DNA of 36,916 nt. It comes from Oligoflexus sp. (GTDB taxonomy: Bacteria > Bdellovibrionota_B > Oligoflexia > Oligoflexales > Oligoflexaceae). Each line of letters starts with the position of its first letter. The first letter of the stretch is position 1. The stretch lies in NCBI GenBank assembly GCA_041736305.1, contig JBGSTX010000222.1, forward strand, positions 1-36,916, read 5' to 3'. The notes below the pieces were generated by a model. The model saw only the letters and a program-made list of their open reading frames with translations, ran no database searches and had not been told where the DNA came from. Below, piece by piece: positions 27,503-36,916 of this stretch. Both the position numbers and the translations under genes were made by a program.

Positions 27503-28621
27503 TCATTCGCCGAAGAGTTTTCCAAAAAAGCCGCCGGCTCCGGCGTGCACTTTCTCCCCAGAAATCTCTGCAAATTTCGCGAGCAGTTCACGCTGTTCTT
27601 TAGAGAGTTTCGTCGGTATTTCGACGTTGAGTTCGACGATCATATCACCGCGTCCGATACCCTTCAGACGAGGAATACCTTCACCGGGTACAGTGATTCG
27701 CTGACCAAACTGCGCTCCGGGTTGCACATCGACTTCTATCTGATTGCCGGGTCCGAGTATGGGCACTGAGAGTCGACAGCCAAGTGCGGCCTGCACCATC
27801 GAAATGCTGGCCGAGTAGATAAGGTTAGAGCCATCGCGCTCAAAATCCTTGCTATCTTTGACCTGAAGGAAAACGTAGAGGTCGCCAGCAGGTCCTCCCA
27901 TCCCTCCGCCCATGCCCTCTGAGGACACGCGAAGACGGACGCCTTGATCGACTCCCGGAGGAATCTTCACGCTGACTTTCTTAGCTTCTTTAACTCTCCC
28001 GCGACCCTTGCAGGCTTTGCAGGGATTGGTAACCATCTCGCCTTCGCCTTGGCAGCTAGGGCAGGTGGTAGCAACGCTGAAAAAGCCCTGACTCCGCCGA
28101 ACCTGGCCCATGCCACCGCAGGTCGTACAGGTTTTTTTGCCACCCGACTCCGCGCGCTCGCCTTTGCAGGTTCCGCAGGAAATTTCACGATCGTATTCGA
28201 TATATTTTTCGACGCCGAAAGCGGCTTCTTCGAATTCGAGGACCAGATCATAGCGCAGGTCAGCGCCTTTACGAGGCCGCTTCTTGCCACCACCGCCTTG
28301 ACCAGGAGCACCGGAGAAGCCGAAGAAATCTTCGAAGATGGAACCGAAGGAGGAGAAGATATCGTTGACGTCCGAGAAGCCCGAGAAGCCTTGGCCCGAG
28401 AGGCCGGCGTGCCCATAGGCATCATAGACCCGACGCTTTTCAGAATCGGTCAGCACTTCGTAAGCTTCAGCTGCTTCTTTGAACTTGTCCTCAGCTTCTT
28501 TGTTGCCAGGATTACGGTCTGGGTGAAACTGCATAGCAAGTTGACGATAAGCTTTTTTGATATCTGGTTCAGAAGCTCCTCGGGAAACACCCAGGATCTC
28601 ATAGTAATCGCGCTTTTCCAT
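27503..28621 (-). CDS. dnaJ: Molecular chaperone DnaJ
   Basis: J-domain with HPD, G/F-rich region with DIF repeats, four CxxCxG repeats, C-terminal domain. Confidence 0.97.
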   Translation of the reverse strand: MEKRDYYEILGVSRGASEPDIKKAYRQLAMQFHPDRNPGNKEAEDKFKEAAEAYEVLTDSEKRRVYDAYGHAGLSGQGFSGFSDVNDIFSSFGSIFEDFFGFSGAPGQGGGGKKRPRKGADLRYDLVLEFEEAAFGVEKYIEYDREISCGTCKGERAESGGKKTCTTCGGMGQVRRSQGFFSVATTCPSCQGEGEMVTNPCKACKGRGRVKEAKKVSVKIPPGVDQGVRLRVSSEGMGGGMGGPAGDLYVFLQVKDSKDFERDGSNLIYSASISMVQAALGCRLSVPILGPGNQIEVDVQPGAQFGQRITVPGEGIPRLKGIGRGDMIVELNVEIPTKLSKEQRELLAKFAEISGEKVHAGAGGFFGKLFGE

Positions 28622-28677
28622 TTTAGCCGTATCCGTGAATCTAAGGTTATAAGAAGCCTTACAGCCTCTGCGACAAA

Positions 28678-29502
28678 TTAAGATTGGAAGCTGTGTTCGG
28701 GGCCAGGAAACTGACCACTTTTCACTTCAGAGTCGTACTGTTTAACAGCTTTGAGGACTGATTCTCCTAAATTAGCATACCTCTTTAAGAATTTTGGAGT
28801 AAATTCACTGTTAAAGCCAAGGAGATCATGGAGCACAAGGACCTGTCCGTCGGTGTCTGGTCCGGCCCCTATCCCTATAGTAGGAATCGAAAGTTCACGA
28901 GTCACTTCAGCGGCCAGGGGCTGGGGCACGAGTTCGAGGACCAGCGCGCAAGCACCTGCTTCCGCTAAGCCCTTGGCGGCTTCGAGGAGTTCCTTACCTT
29001 GTTCACCGCGGCCTTGCACGCGATATCCGCCAAGAGTATGTATGCTCTGCGGCGTCAGGCCGAGATGACCGACTACAGGTATGCCGGCCGCGACGATAGC
29101 CTTCACCTGCGGCAGAATTGCCGCTCCACCTTCAAGTTTAACAGCGTGCGCCCCCCCTTTTTGCACCAGACGACCTGCATTGCGAAGGGCCTGTTCGACC
29201 GAAATGTTATACGACAGAAAAGGCATGTCGGCGACCAGCATAGCTCTTTTCAAGCCTCGACTGACCGCGGCAGTGTGATGGAGCATGTGTTCCATCGTCA
29301 CGGGTATTGTATCTTTAAGTCCTAAAATTACGTTGCCAAGGCTGTCCCCTACCAAAACCATATCGATCGTGCTTTGTTCGATCAGCGCGGCGAATGCAGC
29401 GTCGTAGCAAGTGATCATGCTGATCTTTTGACCATCATGCTTGCGCTTCTGCAGTGTCCTCACTGTTACGGGCTGCTGCGCTTCGGGCGAATGTTTGCTC
29501 AC
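28678..29502 (-). CDS. panB: 3-methyl-2-oxobutanoate hydroxymethyltransferase
   Basis: [42 protein letters not shown]. Confidence 0.97.
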   Translation of the reverse strand: MSKHSPEAQQPVTVRTLQKRKHDGQKISMITCYDAAFAALIEQSTIDMVLVGDSLGNVILGLKDTIPVTMEHMLHHTAAVSRGLKRAMLVADMPFLSYNISVEQALRNAGRLVQKGGAHAVKLEGGAAILPQVKAIVAAGIPVVGHLGLTPQSIHTLGGYRVQGRGEQGKELLEAAKGLAEAGACALVLELVPQPLAAEVTRELSIPTIGIGAGPDTDGQVLVLHDLLGFNSEFTPKFLKRYANLGESVLKAVKQYDSEVKSGQFPGPEHSFQS

Positions 29503-32284
29503 CGTCTGTCCTTTTGCTTAGAAATAGGTAGGGTGCAGTCCGCGACTCAGAAACATGGCGCAGCCCTTCAGGCTGTCCCTGATAAACGATGTTTCCCCCG
29601 TCTCCGGCTGCTTCCGGTCCTAACTCGATAAGCCAATCAGCAGCTTGAATCAAGCCGAGATGATGTTCGACGACGATGATCGTGTGTCCCGCATCGCGCA
29701 GGCGGAGCAGCTGGAGGAGCAGCTGGTGAACGTCCTGATCAGAAAGACCGGTCGAAGGTTCGTCGAAGATGAGGCAGCTGCTCTCGCGCTCATTGGCGTC
29801 GAGCATCATCTTCAGAAGCTTCAAGCGTTGGGCCTCGCCACCAGAGAAGGAAGAAGTGTTTTGACCGAGCGTCACATACCCGAGTCCTAAGTTGATGACC
29901 TGATCGAGCGACTGGGTGAGGCGGGGCTGATCATAGAAGAACTCTCGCGCCTCGCTCAGGGTCAGGTTCAAAATTTCGCGCAGGTTTTTGCCTTTCACTG
30001 TAATAGCCAAGGCGTCCTGAGTGAACTGTTTACCCTCACAGGTTTGGCAGGTGACAGGCATTTCACCCAGGAAGGATAAATCCTCGATCACGTAACCGAG
30101 TCCCTTGCAGGTTTCGCAGCGGCCACCGGGTACGTTGAAGCTAAAAAACCCCGGTTTGAGATTCTTCGCTTTGGCCTGCGGTGTCGCCGCCAGGATTTTG
30201 CGGATTTCGTCGAAGATGCCGAGGTAAGTGGCGATCGTCGAGCGCGAGGAGCGGCCGATTCCTTCCTGACTGACAAAGTGAATGGCATGGAAGCTTTTGA
30301 GGACGGCTGGCGGTCCGAGCGAGTCGGCGAGAACCGCTGACTTTTCATATTCTTCTTCAGCCTCTTGTCCGAGAGCCTCGACTAGCATGGGATAGAGAGT
30401 GTGACGAATCAGACTGGTTTTGCCGCTGCCGCTGACCCCACAGACAACGTTGAAGCCGCGCACCAAAAAACGGGCGCTGACGTTTTTGAGGTTGTGGGTA
30501 CGCGCATTTATGAGTTCTAAAAACTGGTCGTTCTCACCGATAGTTCGACTTTTAGGCCATTTAATGGCCTTGCTTTGACGGCCCGAGGGCAGTCCTGCGT
30601 AGCTCAGTTCTCCGCCGCGGTGACCGGCGCCGGGGCCGATTTCAATGAGGTGTTCGGCCCCATTGATGAGAGTCCGCTCGTGTTCGACGACGACGATCGT
30701 ATTGCCTTGATCGCGCAATTCCTGCACGACTTCCAAGAGGTGTTGGCTATCGCGGGCGTGCAGGCCTACGCTCGGCTCATCGAGACAGAAGAGAGTCCCG
30801 GTCAGTGCGCTGCCGAGGCTTCGGGCCATATTGATCCGCTGCGCTTCACCACCTGAGAGCGTGCGGGCGCTGCGATTGAGATTGAGGTAGCTCAGTCCCA
30901 TTTTCAGAAGGTAGCCGAGTCGGGCGAGCCCTTCTTGGGTGGCTTCGTCGACGGCCGCCATGAGACCTCCGTCGAAGTCGGGGTTCTGCTGCAGACGATG
31001 CCGCGCTTCCAGACTTACGAACCAAGCGTGAAAGTTCTGCAGGGAGAGTTCGCCGTATTGGGCAAAATTCTTGTCATCGATGAGGCAAGCGAGGGCTTGG
31101 CTGTTCAGTCGTTTGCCTTCGCAGCTGCTGCAGAGAACATAGGTCGTAAAGCGCGAAGCATGAATACGGTAGTGGGCTTTGTAGCGTTTGCTGTCGAGGT
31201 ACTTGAAGTAACCGTCGATGCCATCGAACTGAGTTTTGCTGTCGCCTTCATAGAGCCACTTCCAATCGCTCTGCGTATAGCTCTTGAAGGACTTCGTCGT
31301 ATCGAATCCGCGCGCCGCAGCACTCTTCTTGGCCATTTTATAATAGACTGTATGCTCCCCGAAGTTCCAGGGTGAAACCCCTTCTTTCAAGAGCGAGGAG
31401 CTCATGTCAGGAATGATTTTAGCGCGATCTTTGATGGGCATCCGACCAAAACCTTGGCAAGTTTCGCAAGCCCCTTGAGGATGATTGTGATTGAAGAGCG
31501 TCGGAGAGGGCTCGATATATTCCTTGCTGCAGCTTGGGCACTTGAGGAGTTTGCTGAACCTCTGCTCCTCTCCTGCTTCAGTTCGCAGTACGGCATCGCC
31601 GCGTCCGAGGCGCAGGGCGAGTTCCGAAGCCTCTATAGTGCGCGAGCGATTTTCCTCCGTGAGCTGAATGCGGTCGACGACGATAAGGCTTTTCTTGAGG
31701 TCTTTGGGGTCGACGTCTTCGATTTTCTGCAATTCCCCCTTCACCCAAGCGCGCGTGAAACCCTGACCGACGATCTGGGTCTTGAGATCGTTCGGCTTCA
31801 CCGAAGCCCAGGCATCGAGCGGTGCTAGCACGAGACAGCGCTGCCCGGGCCAGCGTTCTAAAACCACCCGGCTGATAGCGGGTCCATTGGCTTTGACGAG
31901 GGGATGCCCACAGCAGTAGACCTGAGACAGATGGCCGAAGAGTATGCGGAGCACGTCGTTGAGTTCGGTCATGGTGCCGACTGTCGATCTTTGATTCAGA
32001 CCGGCTTTCACCTGACGAACGGCGATAGCTGGAGGCAAATTCCTCACATCATCGAGCACCGGACGCGCCATTTGTTTAAGAAACTGCCGCGCATAGCTCG
32101 ACAGGCTTTCAACATAGCGGCGGTAAGATTCCCCGTAGAGAGAATCGAAGACCAGCGAACTTTTCCCTGAGCCGGAGACGCCGGTCACGACCGTAATTTT
32201 GCCCAGAGGAAAACGCAGGGTAATATTTTTAAGATTATGAGTCCGCACACCCTGCAGCTCGATATGCTCCAAAAAATCTGACAT
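29435..32284 (-). CDS. uvrA: Excinuclease ABC subunit A homologue
   Basis: Two ABC ATPase halves (HNLKNI, GVSGSGKSSL, LSGGEAQR, LDEPSVGLH; HNLKNV, GVSGSGKT, FSGGEAQR, FDEPSTGL) and CxxC zinc fingers. Confidence 0.93.
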   Translation of the reverse strand: MSDFLEHIELQGVRTHNLKNITLRFPLGKITVVTGVSGSGKSSLVFDSLYGESYRRYVESLSSYARQFLKQMARPVLDDVRNLPPAIAVRQVKAGLNQRSTVGTMTELNDVLRILFGHLSQVYCCGHPLVKANGPAISRVVLERWPGQRCLVLAPLDAWASVKPNDLKTQIVGQGFTRAWVKGELQKIEDVDPKDLKKSLIVVDRIQLTEENRSRTIEASELALRLGRGDAVLRTEAGEEQRFSKLLKCPSCSKEYIEPSPTLFNHNHPQGACETCQGFGRMPIKDRAKIIPDMSSSLLKEGVSPWNFGEHTVYYKMAKKSAAARGFDTTKSFKSYTQSDWKWLYEGDSKTQFDGIDGYFKYLDSKRYKAHYRIHASRFTTYVLCSSCEGKRLNSQALACLIDDKNFAQYGELSLQNFHAWFVSLEARHRLQQNPDFDGGLMAAVDEATQEGLARLGYLLKMGLSYLNLNRSARTLSGGEAQRINMARSLGSALTGTLFCLDEPSVGLHARDSQHLLEVVQELRDQGNTIVVVEHERTLINGAEHLIEIGPGAGHRGGELSYAGLPSGRQSKAIKWPKSRTIGENDQFLELINARTHNLKNVSARFLVRGFNVVCGVSGSGKTSLIRHTLYPMLVEALGQEAEEEYEKSAVLADSLGPPAVLKSFHAIHFVSQEGIGRSSRSTIATYLGIFDEIRKILAATPQAKAKNLKPGFFSFNVPGGRCETCKGLGYVIEDLSFLGEMPVTCQTCEGKQFTQDALAITVKGKNLREILNLTLSEAREFFYDQPRLTQSLDQVINLGLGYVTLGQNTSSFSGGEAQRLKLLKMMLDANERESSCLIFDEPSTGLSDQDVHQLLLQLLRLRDAGHTIIVVEHHLGLIQAADWLIELGPEAAGDGGNIVYQGQPEGLRHVSESRTAPYLFLSKRTDGEQTFARSAAARNSEDTAEAQA

Positions 32285-32362
32285 GGTTCCCCCTCACAGC
32301 TGAGTTGCGCATGCGCCACGGAACACAGTATCCTGTCTCCATGGGCAAAGGGAGGGGATTTC

Positions 32363-32794
32363 TCATGGAGAGCGGGGCAAGATTCCGGCTACAGCTTGGC
32401 TACTATCAACATCGACGCGGCCATCGCGATTGAGATCGTATACGCGGCGAACTACTTGGCCCTGAGCATTGAGGTACTCTAGCATGTCGGTATTGCCGTC
32501 TTTATTGAAGTCCCAGGCGCGATAAGCGAGGCGCCTTTCGAGCAGCTGATCTCCGGCATAGACGCGAACAAAAATTGGCAAGAGATCGGGCATGGGATCT
32601 TCGGCTTTTTCGAGGGCTGCTGGTTCTAGAACATAATGGGTCCTAGGCGGCTCTGCAGGGGTTTTTTCAGTTGTGACACAGGCGAACAGCAAGGTAGATA
32701 TACTTATCCAAAGAGCACAGCGCAAAGCTGGCTGCCATAAGCGCGGGCTCGAGTGAGCGCTCGGGGTCCAATTTCGAAGCAAGGGCGTAGGCAT
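32363..32794 (-). CDS. Putative lipoprotein with Dx[DN]xDG calcium-binding motifs
   Basis: AGGAG RBS before ATG 32794; lipobox LLFA-C; motifs DFNKDGNTD and DLNRDGRVD. Confidence 0.65.
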   Translation of the reverse strand: MPTPLLRNWTPSAHSSPRLWQPALRCALWISISTLLFACVTTEKTPAEPPRTHYVLEPAALEKAEDPMPDLLPIFVRVYAGDQLLERRLAYRAWDFNKDGNTDMLEYLNAQGQVVRRVYDLNRDGRVDVDSSQAVAGILPRSP

Positions 32795-32883
32795 AGGGTA
32801 TCTCTCCTGGTCCGTCCTTATATCGATCGACACAAAATGGCTTTCCATTAAATCGCACCGTACAACATGAGTTCAAAGCAGCT

Positions 32884-34689
32884 ATGCAAGATCCTAAATT
32901 GATTCGTAATTTCTGCATCATTGCCCACATCGACCACGGTAAGTCAACGCTCGCTGATCGACTTATCGAAACGACCGGCAGCTTGACTCTTCGCGAGATG
33001 ACCGCCCAGGTGCTCGACAGTATGGATATCGAGAAAGAGCGCGGGATTACGATCAAGGCTCAGACGGCTTCGATGAAGTACAAGGCCAAAGACGGCAAAA
33101 TTTACCTACTGAATCTGATCGACACCCCAGGGCACGTCGACTTCAGCTACGAAGTTAAAAGAAGTCTGGCAGCTTGCGAGGGTGCCCTGCTTGTCGTCGA
33201 TGCCGCGCAAGGCGTTGAGGCGCAGACGGTGGCCAATGTTTACATGGCGATTGAGTCCAATCTCGAAATCATTCCCGTGATCAACAAAATCGATCTACCC
33301 TCTGCAGATCCCGACGCTGTCATGCTGCAGATTGAGGACGAGTTGGGGATCGATACGACCAATGCGGTGCGCGCCAGTGCGAAGGCCAATATCGGTATCG
33401 TCGATATTCTGGAAGCTATTGTAGCGTTCATTCCGGCTCCGGCCGATAATAACTCGGAGACCTTTCGTGCTCTGATCTTCGACAGCTGGTTCGATGCCTA
33501 TCTAGGTGCCGTTTCGTTGATCCGCGTCGTATCGGGTCAAGTGCAAAAGAATCAGCGCATTATGATGCTTTCAACGGAGAATACGCACGAAGTTCTGAAG
33601 GTCGCGCAGCTGACCCCGAAGATCATCGATTGCGAACGTCTGACGAGCGGCATGGTGGGGATCATCTCTGGTTCCATCAAGTCGGTTCGCGACACCAAAG
33701 TCGGCGATACCATGACCGACGCGCAAAAACCCAACATGACCCCTTTGCTAGGGTTTCAAGATGCCAAGCAGATGGTCTTCGGGGGTATTTTTCCGGTTGA
33801 TGCCTCCGATTACCAAAATCTAAAAGACTCGCTTGAAAAGCTGATGCTCAACGACTCCTCTTTGACGACCGAGCCCGAGGTGTCGCAGGCACTTGGTTTC
33901 GGCTACCGAGTTGGCTTCTTGGGTCTCTTGCACATGGACATCATTCAGGAGCGTTTGGAGCGCGAGTACAACCTCGATCTAATCTTTACAGCTCCAACCG
34001 TAGTCTATCGGGTACGGACGACCAAGGGTGAGAACCTTTTGATCGAGAACCCCGCTAAGCTGCCTGAACCGGTTGCAATCGAAGAAGTCCAAGAGCCTTA
34101 TGTGCTCATGACGATTCACACACCGGAAGAATACATCGGTAGTATTCTAAAGATTCTTCAGGAAAAGCGCGGTATCCAGAAAGACATCGAGTATACGAAT
34201 GCGAAGAAGGTGAAAATCCTTTACGAACTGCCGATGAACGAGATGATTTTCGACTTCCACGACAAGCTCAAGAGTATTTCTCGCGGCTATGCATCGATGG
34301 ATTACGAAGTGATCGATTACCGTCCTGGTGACCTTTGCAAGGTTGATATCATGGTCAACAGCGATAGGGTCGATGCTCTCGCTTGTATTACGCACCGATC
34401 GTCGGCCGATTTCCGGGGACGGGCGATCTGCAAGAAGCTCAAAGAGATTTTGCCTCGTCAAATGTTCCAGATCGCTCTGCAGGCAAGTATCGGCTCCAAG
34501 GTCATTGCCCGCGAAACTATTTCTGCTCTACGCAAAGACGTAACGGCTAAGTGCTACGGCGGTGATATCTCACGGAAGAGAAAGCTCTTGGAGAAGCAGA
34601 AGGAGGGTAAAAAACGAATGAAGCAGATCGGCAATGTCGAGATCCCTCAGAAAGCTTTCTTAGCCATCTTGAGTCTGGATGAAGATTGA
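32884..34689 (+). CDS. lepA: Translation elongation factor 4 (LepA)
   Basis: [72 protein letters not shown]. Confidence 0.98.
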   Translation: MQDPKLIRNFCIIAHIDHGKSTLADRLIETTGSLTLREMTAQVLDSMDIEKERGITIKAQTASMKYKAKDGKIYLLNLIDTPGHVDFSYEVKRSLAACEGALLVVDAAQGVEAQTVANVYMAIESNLEIIPVINKIDLPSADPDAVMLQIEDELGIDTTNAVRASAKANIGIVDILEAIVAFIPAPADNNSETFRALIFDSWFDAYLGAVSLIRVVSGQVQKNQRIMMLSTENTHEVLKVAQLTPKIIDCERLTSGMVGIISGSIKSVRDTKVGDTMTDAQKPNMTPLLGFQDAKQMVFGGIFPVDASDYQNLKDSLEKLMLNDSSLTTEPEVSQALGFGYRVGFLGLLHMDIIQERLEREYNLDLIFTAPTVVYRVRTTKGENLLIENPAKLPEPVAIEEVQEPYVLMTIHTPEEYIGSILKILQEKRGIQKDIEYTNAKKVKILYELPMNEMIFDFHDKLKSISRGYASMDYEVIDYRPGDLCKVDIMVNSDRVDALACITHRSSADFRGRAICKKLKEILPRQMFQIALQASIGSKVIARETISALRKDVTAKCYGGDISRKRKLLEKQKEGKKRMKQIGNVEIPQKAFLAILSLDED

Positions 34690-34903
34690 TCCTTAAGTTT
34701 ATTACTAGTATCTCGAGTCCCCCTTAAAAGTATCCGGGGGTTCGAGCCTAATCAAGCGACTCTTCACCCAAAATTACCCGCCGCCAAGTCTCTATTTTCT
34801 GGCTACAAAACAGCTTCGCTCAAGTTTTTCCCAAAAATTCCGATAAGAGACAAAATAATTCCGTCTACGAGTTGAGACTTTTGCTAGGGAGAGGGTGTTG
34901 ATA

Positions 34904-35707
34904 ATGCAAATAAGTAATTTTTCCTTGAGGCTTTTTATTCCAAGCGTGTCGCTGCTACTTCTGCAGTTTTCATGCAGTGATCTTTCGCTTAACGGTGGCG
35001 TCAAGGCGAAGTCAGCGCCGGCTTTCAGCCAGTCCGAAGATAAAAACACAGGCATGAACCAGGACGCGCTGAAAGAAGACAAGTCCATGTTGGACGTAAC
35101 TGCGTTGTCCTATGCACAGCAGAAGCACAATGAAGTAGCTGCACAGCTGGGCGATTCGAGTTTTACAGTGTTTCAGCATGAATTTGAGGGTTTGCAGTCT
35201 CTCTTTGCTGAGCTGATAACTGGCCTCGAACTCATCGACGACAAGCGGACGATTAGAGAACAACTCACTGATCTCGGTCTCGATCCCGAAGAGCATGAAG
35301 AGCCTAGTGATCAAGATATCGACGATGCTTTGCTGTCGATAGAGATCGATATTTTGTCCGACAGACTAATGAATTTGCAGGGACGCCCGACTATGCATCT
35401 AGCACAACCTGTCGCAGTTCCCGGCCCCGAAGAGAAAAAGTTGGACTCGTTTGGAGAGAAATACAAAGCCTACAAACAAGAAGTTAAAGATCTGATTTCC
35501 GACGAAAAGGAAAAGGAAGACTATGGCGTTAAATTTAGTGCCGGTTGCTTCTCGCTGATGTTTTCGGGCGATGTTTTTCGAAATGCAGCTGTCTTCAGCA
35601 CACTGAGCGCCTTCAGCAACTCAAGCTTTTATTCTTTCGGATTTTTGAATGCTTCTCAGCAAGTTGCCAATCCAGGGTCCAAGCCTTTTTGCTTGGTAAC
35701 CTACTGA
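34904..35707 (+). CDS. Hypothetical exported or lipoprotein-like acidic protein
   Basis: GAGGG RBS; signal-like N-terminus ending LLLQFS-C; acidic core. The start could be TTG 34898 or GTG 34895. Confidence 0.6.
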   Translation: MQISNFSLRLFIPSVSLLLLQFSCSDLSLNGGVKAKSAPAFSQSEDKNTGMNQDALKEDKSMLDVTALSYAQQKHNEVAAQLGDSSFTVFQHEFEGLQSLFAELITGLELIDDKRTIREQLTDLGLDPEEHEEPSDQDIDDALLSIEIDILSDRLMNLQGRPTMHLAQPVAVPGPEEKKLDSFGEKYKAYKQEVKDLISDEKEKEDYGVKFSAGCFSLMFSGDVFRNAAVFSTLSAFSNSSFYSFGFLNASQQVANPGSKPFCLVTY

Positions 35708-35714
35708 GTAGTAG

Positions 35715-35741
35715 AAAGCCGGCGCAGAGAGCCGGCTTTTC
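35715..35741. terminator. Probable bidirectional intrinsic terminator between convergent genes
   Basis: AAAGCCGGC-GCAGAGA-GCCGGCTTT(T), with A/T tracts on both sides. Confidence 0.7.
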
Positions 35742-36590
35742 TCATTTTGTACGAGGAAGCTGGCAGCCGGGGGTATTGATATCGAGATTCCCTTTGGCGT
35801 TGCGGCAGGAATAGACCCAGTAGGTTTGCTGAGCGTAACCAATACCCTTCTCGAAGAAGACTTCTCCGTTTTCATCTATCTCACAGGGATTGTTGACTTC
35901 GCAGCGGCGGCCGCTCTCGTTAGCGGTGTTGTTAACGGCCACGACAGTTCTGGTACCTTCTTCAATGACCGGCGAGCCCGAAGTTCCACCAAATACATCA
36001 CATCCAGGACGGCTGTAGCGCATAGAGGCTTCGAAGAGCCAGCGGCCTTCTTTGAGATTATAGGCGAAAGATTCGACTTCGCAGGAGAAGCCTTGTTTCC
36101 AGTAGCCAGAGATGACTTGGATCGGTGTTCCAACTTCTGAGCGATCGCGGGAGAAAGTGAGAGCTTCGATATTATAGCGATCGGCTATCTGCTGATAGGT
36201 CTCTTTCAGGCGGTAAATGGCCAGATCGGTTTTTGTCATTGTTGCGTAGAGAAGTTTATCGGCGGTGACTTTGCCGAGCCTCTTGGCGCCTTCGTTGAGG
36301 ACATCGAAGGTGCGAGAATTTTTCTGATCAAAGAGAACAACACCTGGATCGATAAGGCGAACGCAATGGCCGTTGGTGAGAACCATCGCCTGGTCGGATG
36401 ATCCACTATCATCGAAGCGAACGAGACTTCCCGAGCAACCGGATAATCCTAGTATACCGCGGAAATCGTAGCCTTCGGCGAAATACGAGTGTTCAGGTGC
36501 AAGAGGCAAGGGACTTCCCCACTCGGGAAAAGCTTGGGCCTGTTCGAAAGCAAGTAGCGTAAAAGATGCTGAGAGCAGAAGTCGTTTCAT
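35742..36590 (-). CDS. Secreted trypsin-like serine protease (S1 clan PA)
   Basis: Signal peptide ending AQA; CSGSLV; catalytic triad TNGHC, TDLAI, GTSGSPV; several Cys. Confidence 0.9.
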   Translation of the reverse strand: MKRLLLSASFTLLAFEQAQAFPEWGSPLPLAPEHSYFAEGYDFRGILGLSGCSGSLVRFDDSGSSDQAMVLTNGHCVRLIDPGVVLFDQKNSRTFDVLNEGAKRLGKVTADKLLYATMTKTDLAIYRLKETYQQIADRYNIEALTFSRDRSEVGTPIQVISGYWKQGFSCEVESFAYNLKEGRWLFEASMRYSRPGCDVFGGTSGSPVIEEGTRTVVAVNNTANESGRRCEVNNPCEIDENGEVFFEKGIGYAQQTYWVYSCRNAKGNLDINTPGCQLPRTK

Positions 36591-36772
36591 GCAGCCATCC
36601 CTGTCTGAATTTAAAAGTGTAAAGCTAATTAGGATTAATCTCTTTCCGAGCTCTCCTGCAATGCAGCTTTCCTGAAACGAAATCCTGCCGGAGTGGACTT
36701 ACACAGTTTCCAAATCTCACAAGACAGGGGTACATTTGGTTATGGTGAGTTTGCGAGGCTTTTAAAGGAGGG

Positions 36773-36812
36773 AAAAGACAAAGCCCCTCGAACCGAAGTC
36801 CGAGGGGCTTTG
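36773..36812 (-). terminator. Terminator downstream of the 5S rRNA
   Basis: 12-bp perfect stem CAAAGCCCCTCG (36779-36790) / CGAGGGGCTTTG (36801-36812), followed on the minus strand by TCTTTT. Confidence 0.75.
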
Positions 36813-36822
36813 CTATTTTAAA

Positions 36823-36916
36823 GGCTGCACCGAGCTACTCTCCCACAGGTAAACCTGCAGTACCATTGCCGCTGAGAAGCTTGACTTCCGTGTTCGGGAT
36901 GGGAACGGGTATTTCC
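36823..36916 (-). rRNA. rrf: 5S ribosomal RNA, 3' portion; the 5' end lies beyond the window
   Basis: The plus strand reads CTACTCTCCCAC...AGTACCATTGCCGCTG...CTTGACTTCCGTGTTCGGGATGGGAACGGGT, the reverse complement of conserved 5S sequence (CCCGTTCCCATCCCGAACAC...GGGAGAGTAG). Confidence 0.95.

Noticed and set aside
27944-28681. 245-aa ORF antisense to dnaJ
   Set aside because: Antisense shadow frames over conserved chaperone genes are a common artefact, and dnaJ fully explains the sequence.
34712-34746. Hairpin after lepA as an intrinsic terminator
   Set aside because: The stem is present (CTCGAG-T-CCCCC / GGGGG-TTCGAG) but it has a 12-nt loop and no U-tract, so its function is unclear.

Overview
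This window is chromosomal DNA, probably from a Bdellovibrionota/Oligoflexia-like or myxobacteria-like Gram-negative bacterium. That placement is inferred from gene content and protein style, not from a search. Most of it is housekeeping: the 3' end of a PhoR-type kinase, pstSCAB, aspS, a RidA-family gene, ffh, miaB, an NtrC-type sigma-54 activator, ruvC, hemB, a LolC/E permease, dnaJ, panB, a uvrA homologue, lepA, a secreted trypsin-like protease and the 3' part of a 5S rRNA. Two accessory loci stand out. (1) A minus-strand cluster at 15236-19304 encodes an exported caspase-family (peptidase C14-like) protease with a predicted C-terminal outer-membrane beta-barrel, followed by an ECF sigma factor flanked by two paralogous single-pass membrane proteins. 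Both paralogues keep an identical periplasm-side MVSKG motif. This reads as a candidate protease-triggered trans-envelope sigma/anti-sigma switch. (2) A solitary phage tail-tube (gp19/Afp1-like) gene at 7823-8296 carries a signal peptide and sits next to a Cys-rich lipoprotein, with no sheath or baseplate genes nearby. No CRISPR array, tRNA, integrase or transposase was seen. All assignments come from motif recognition by eye; no database searches were run.
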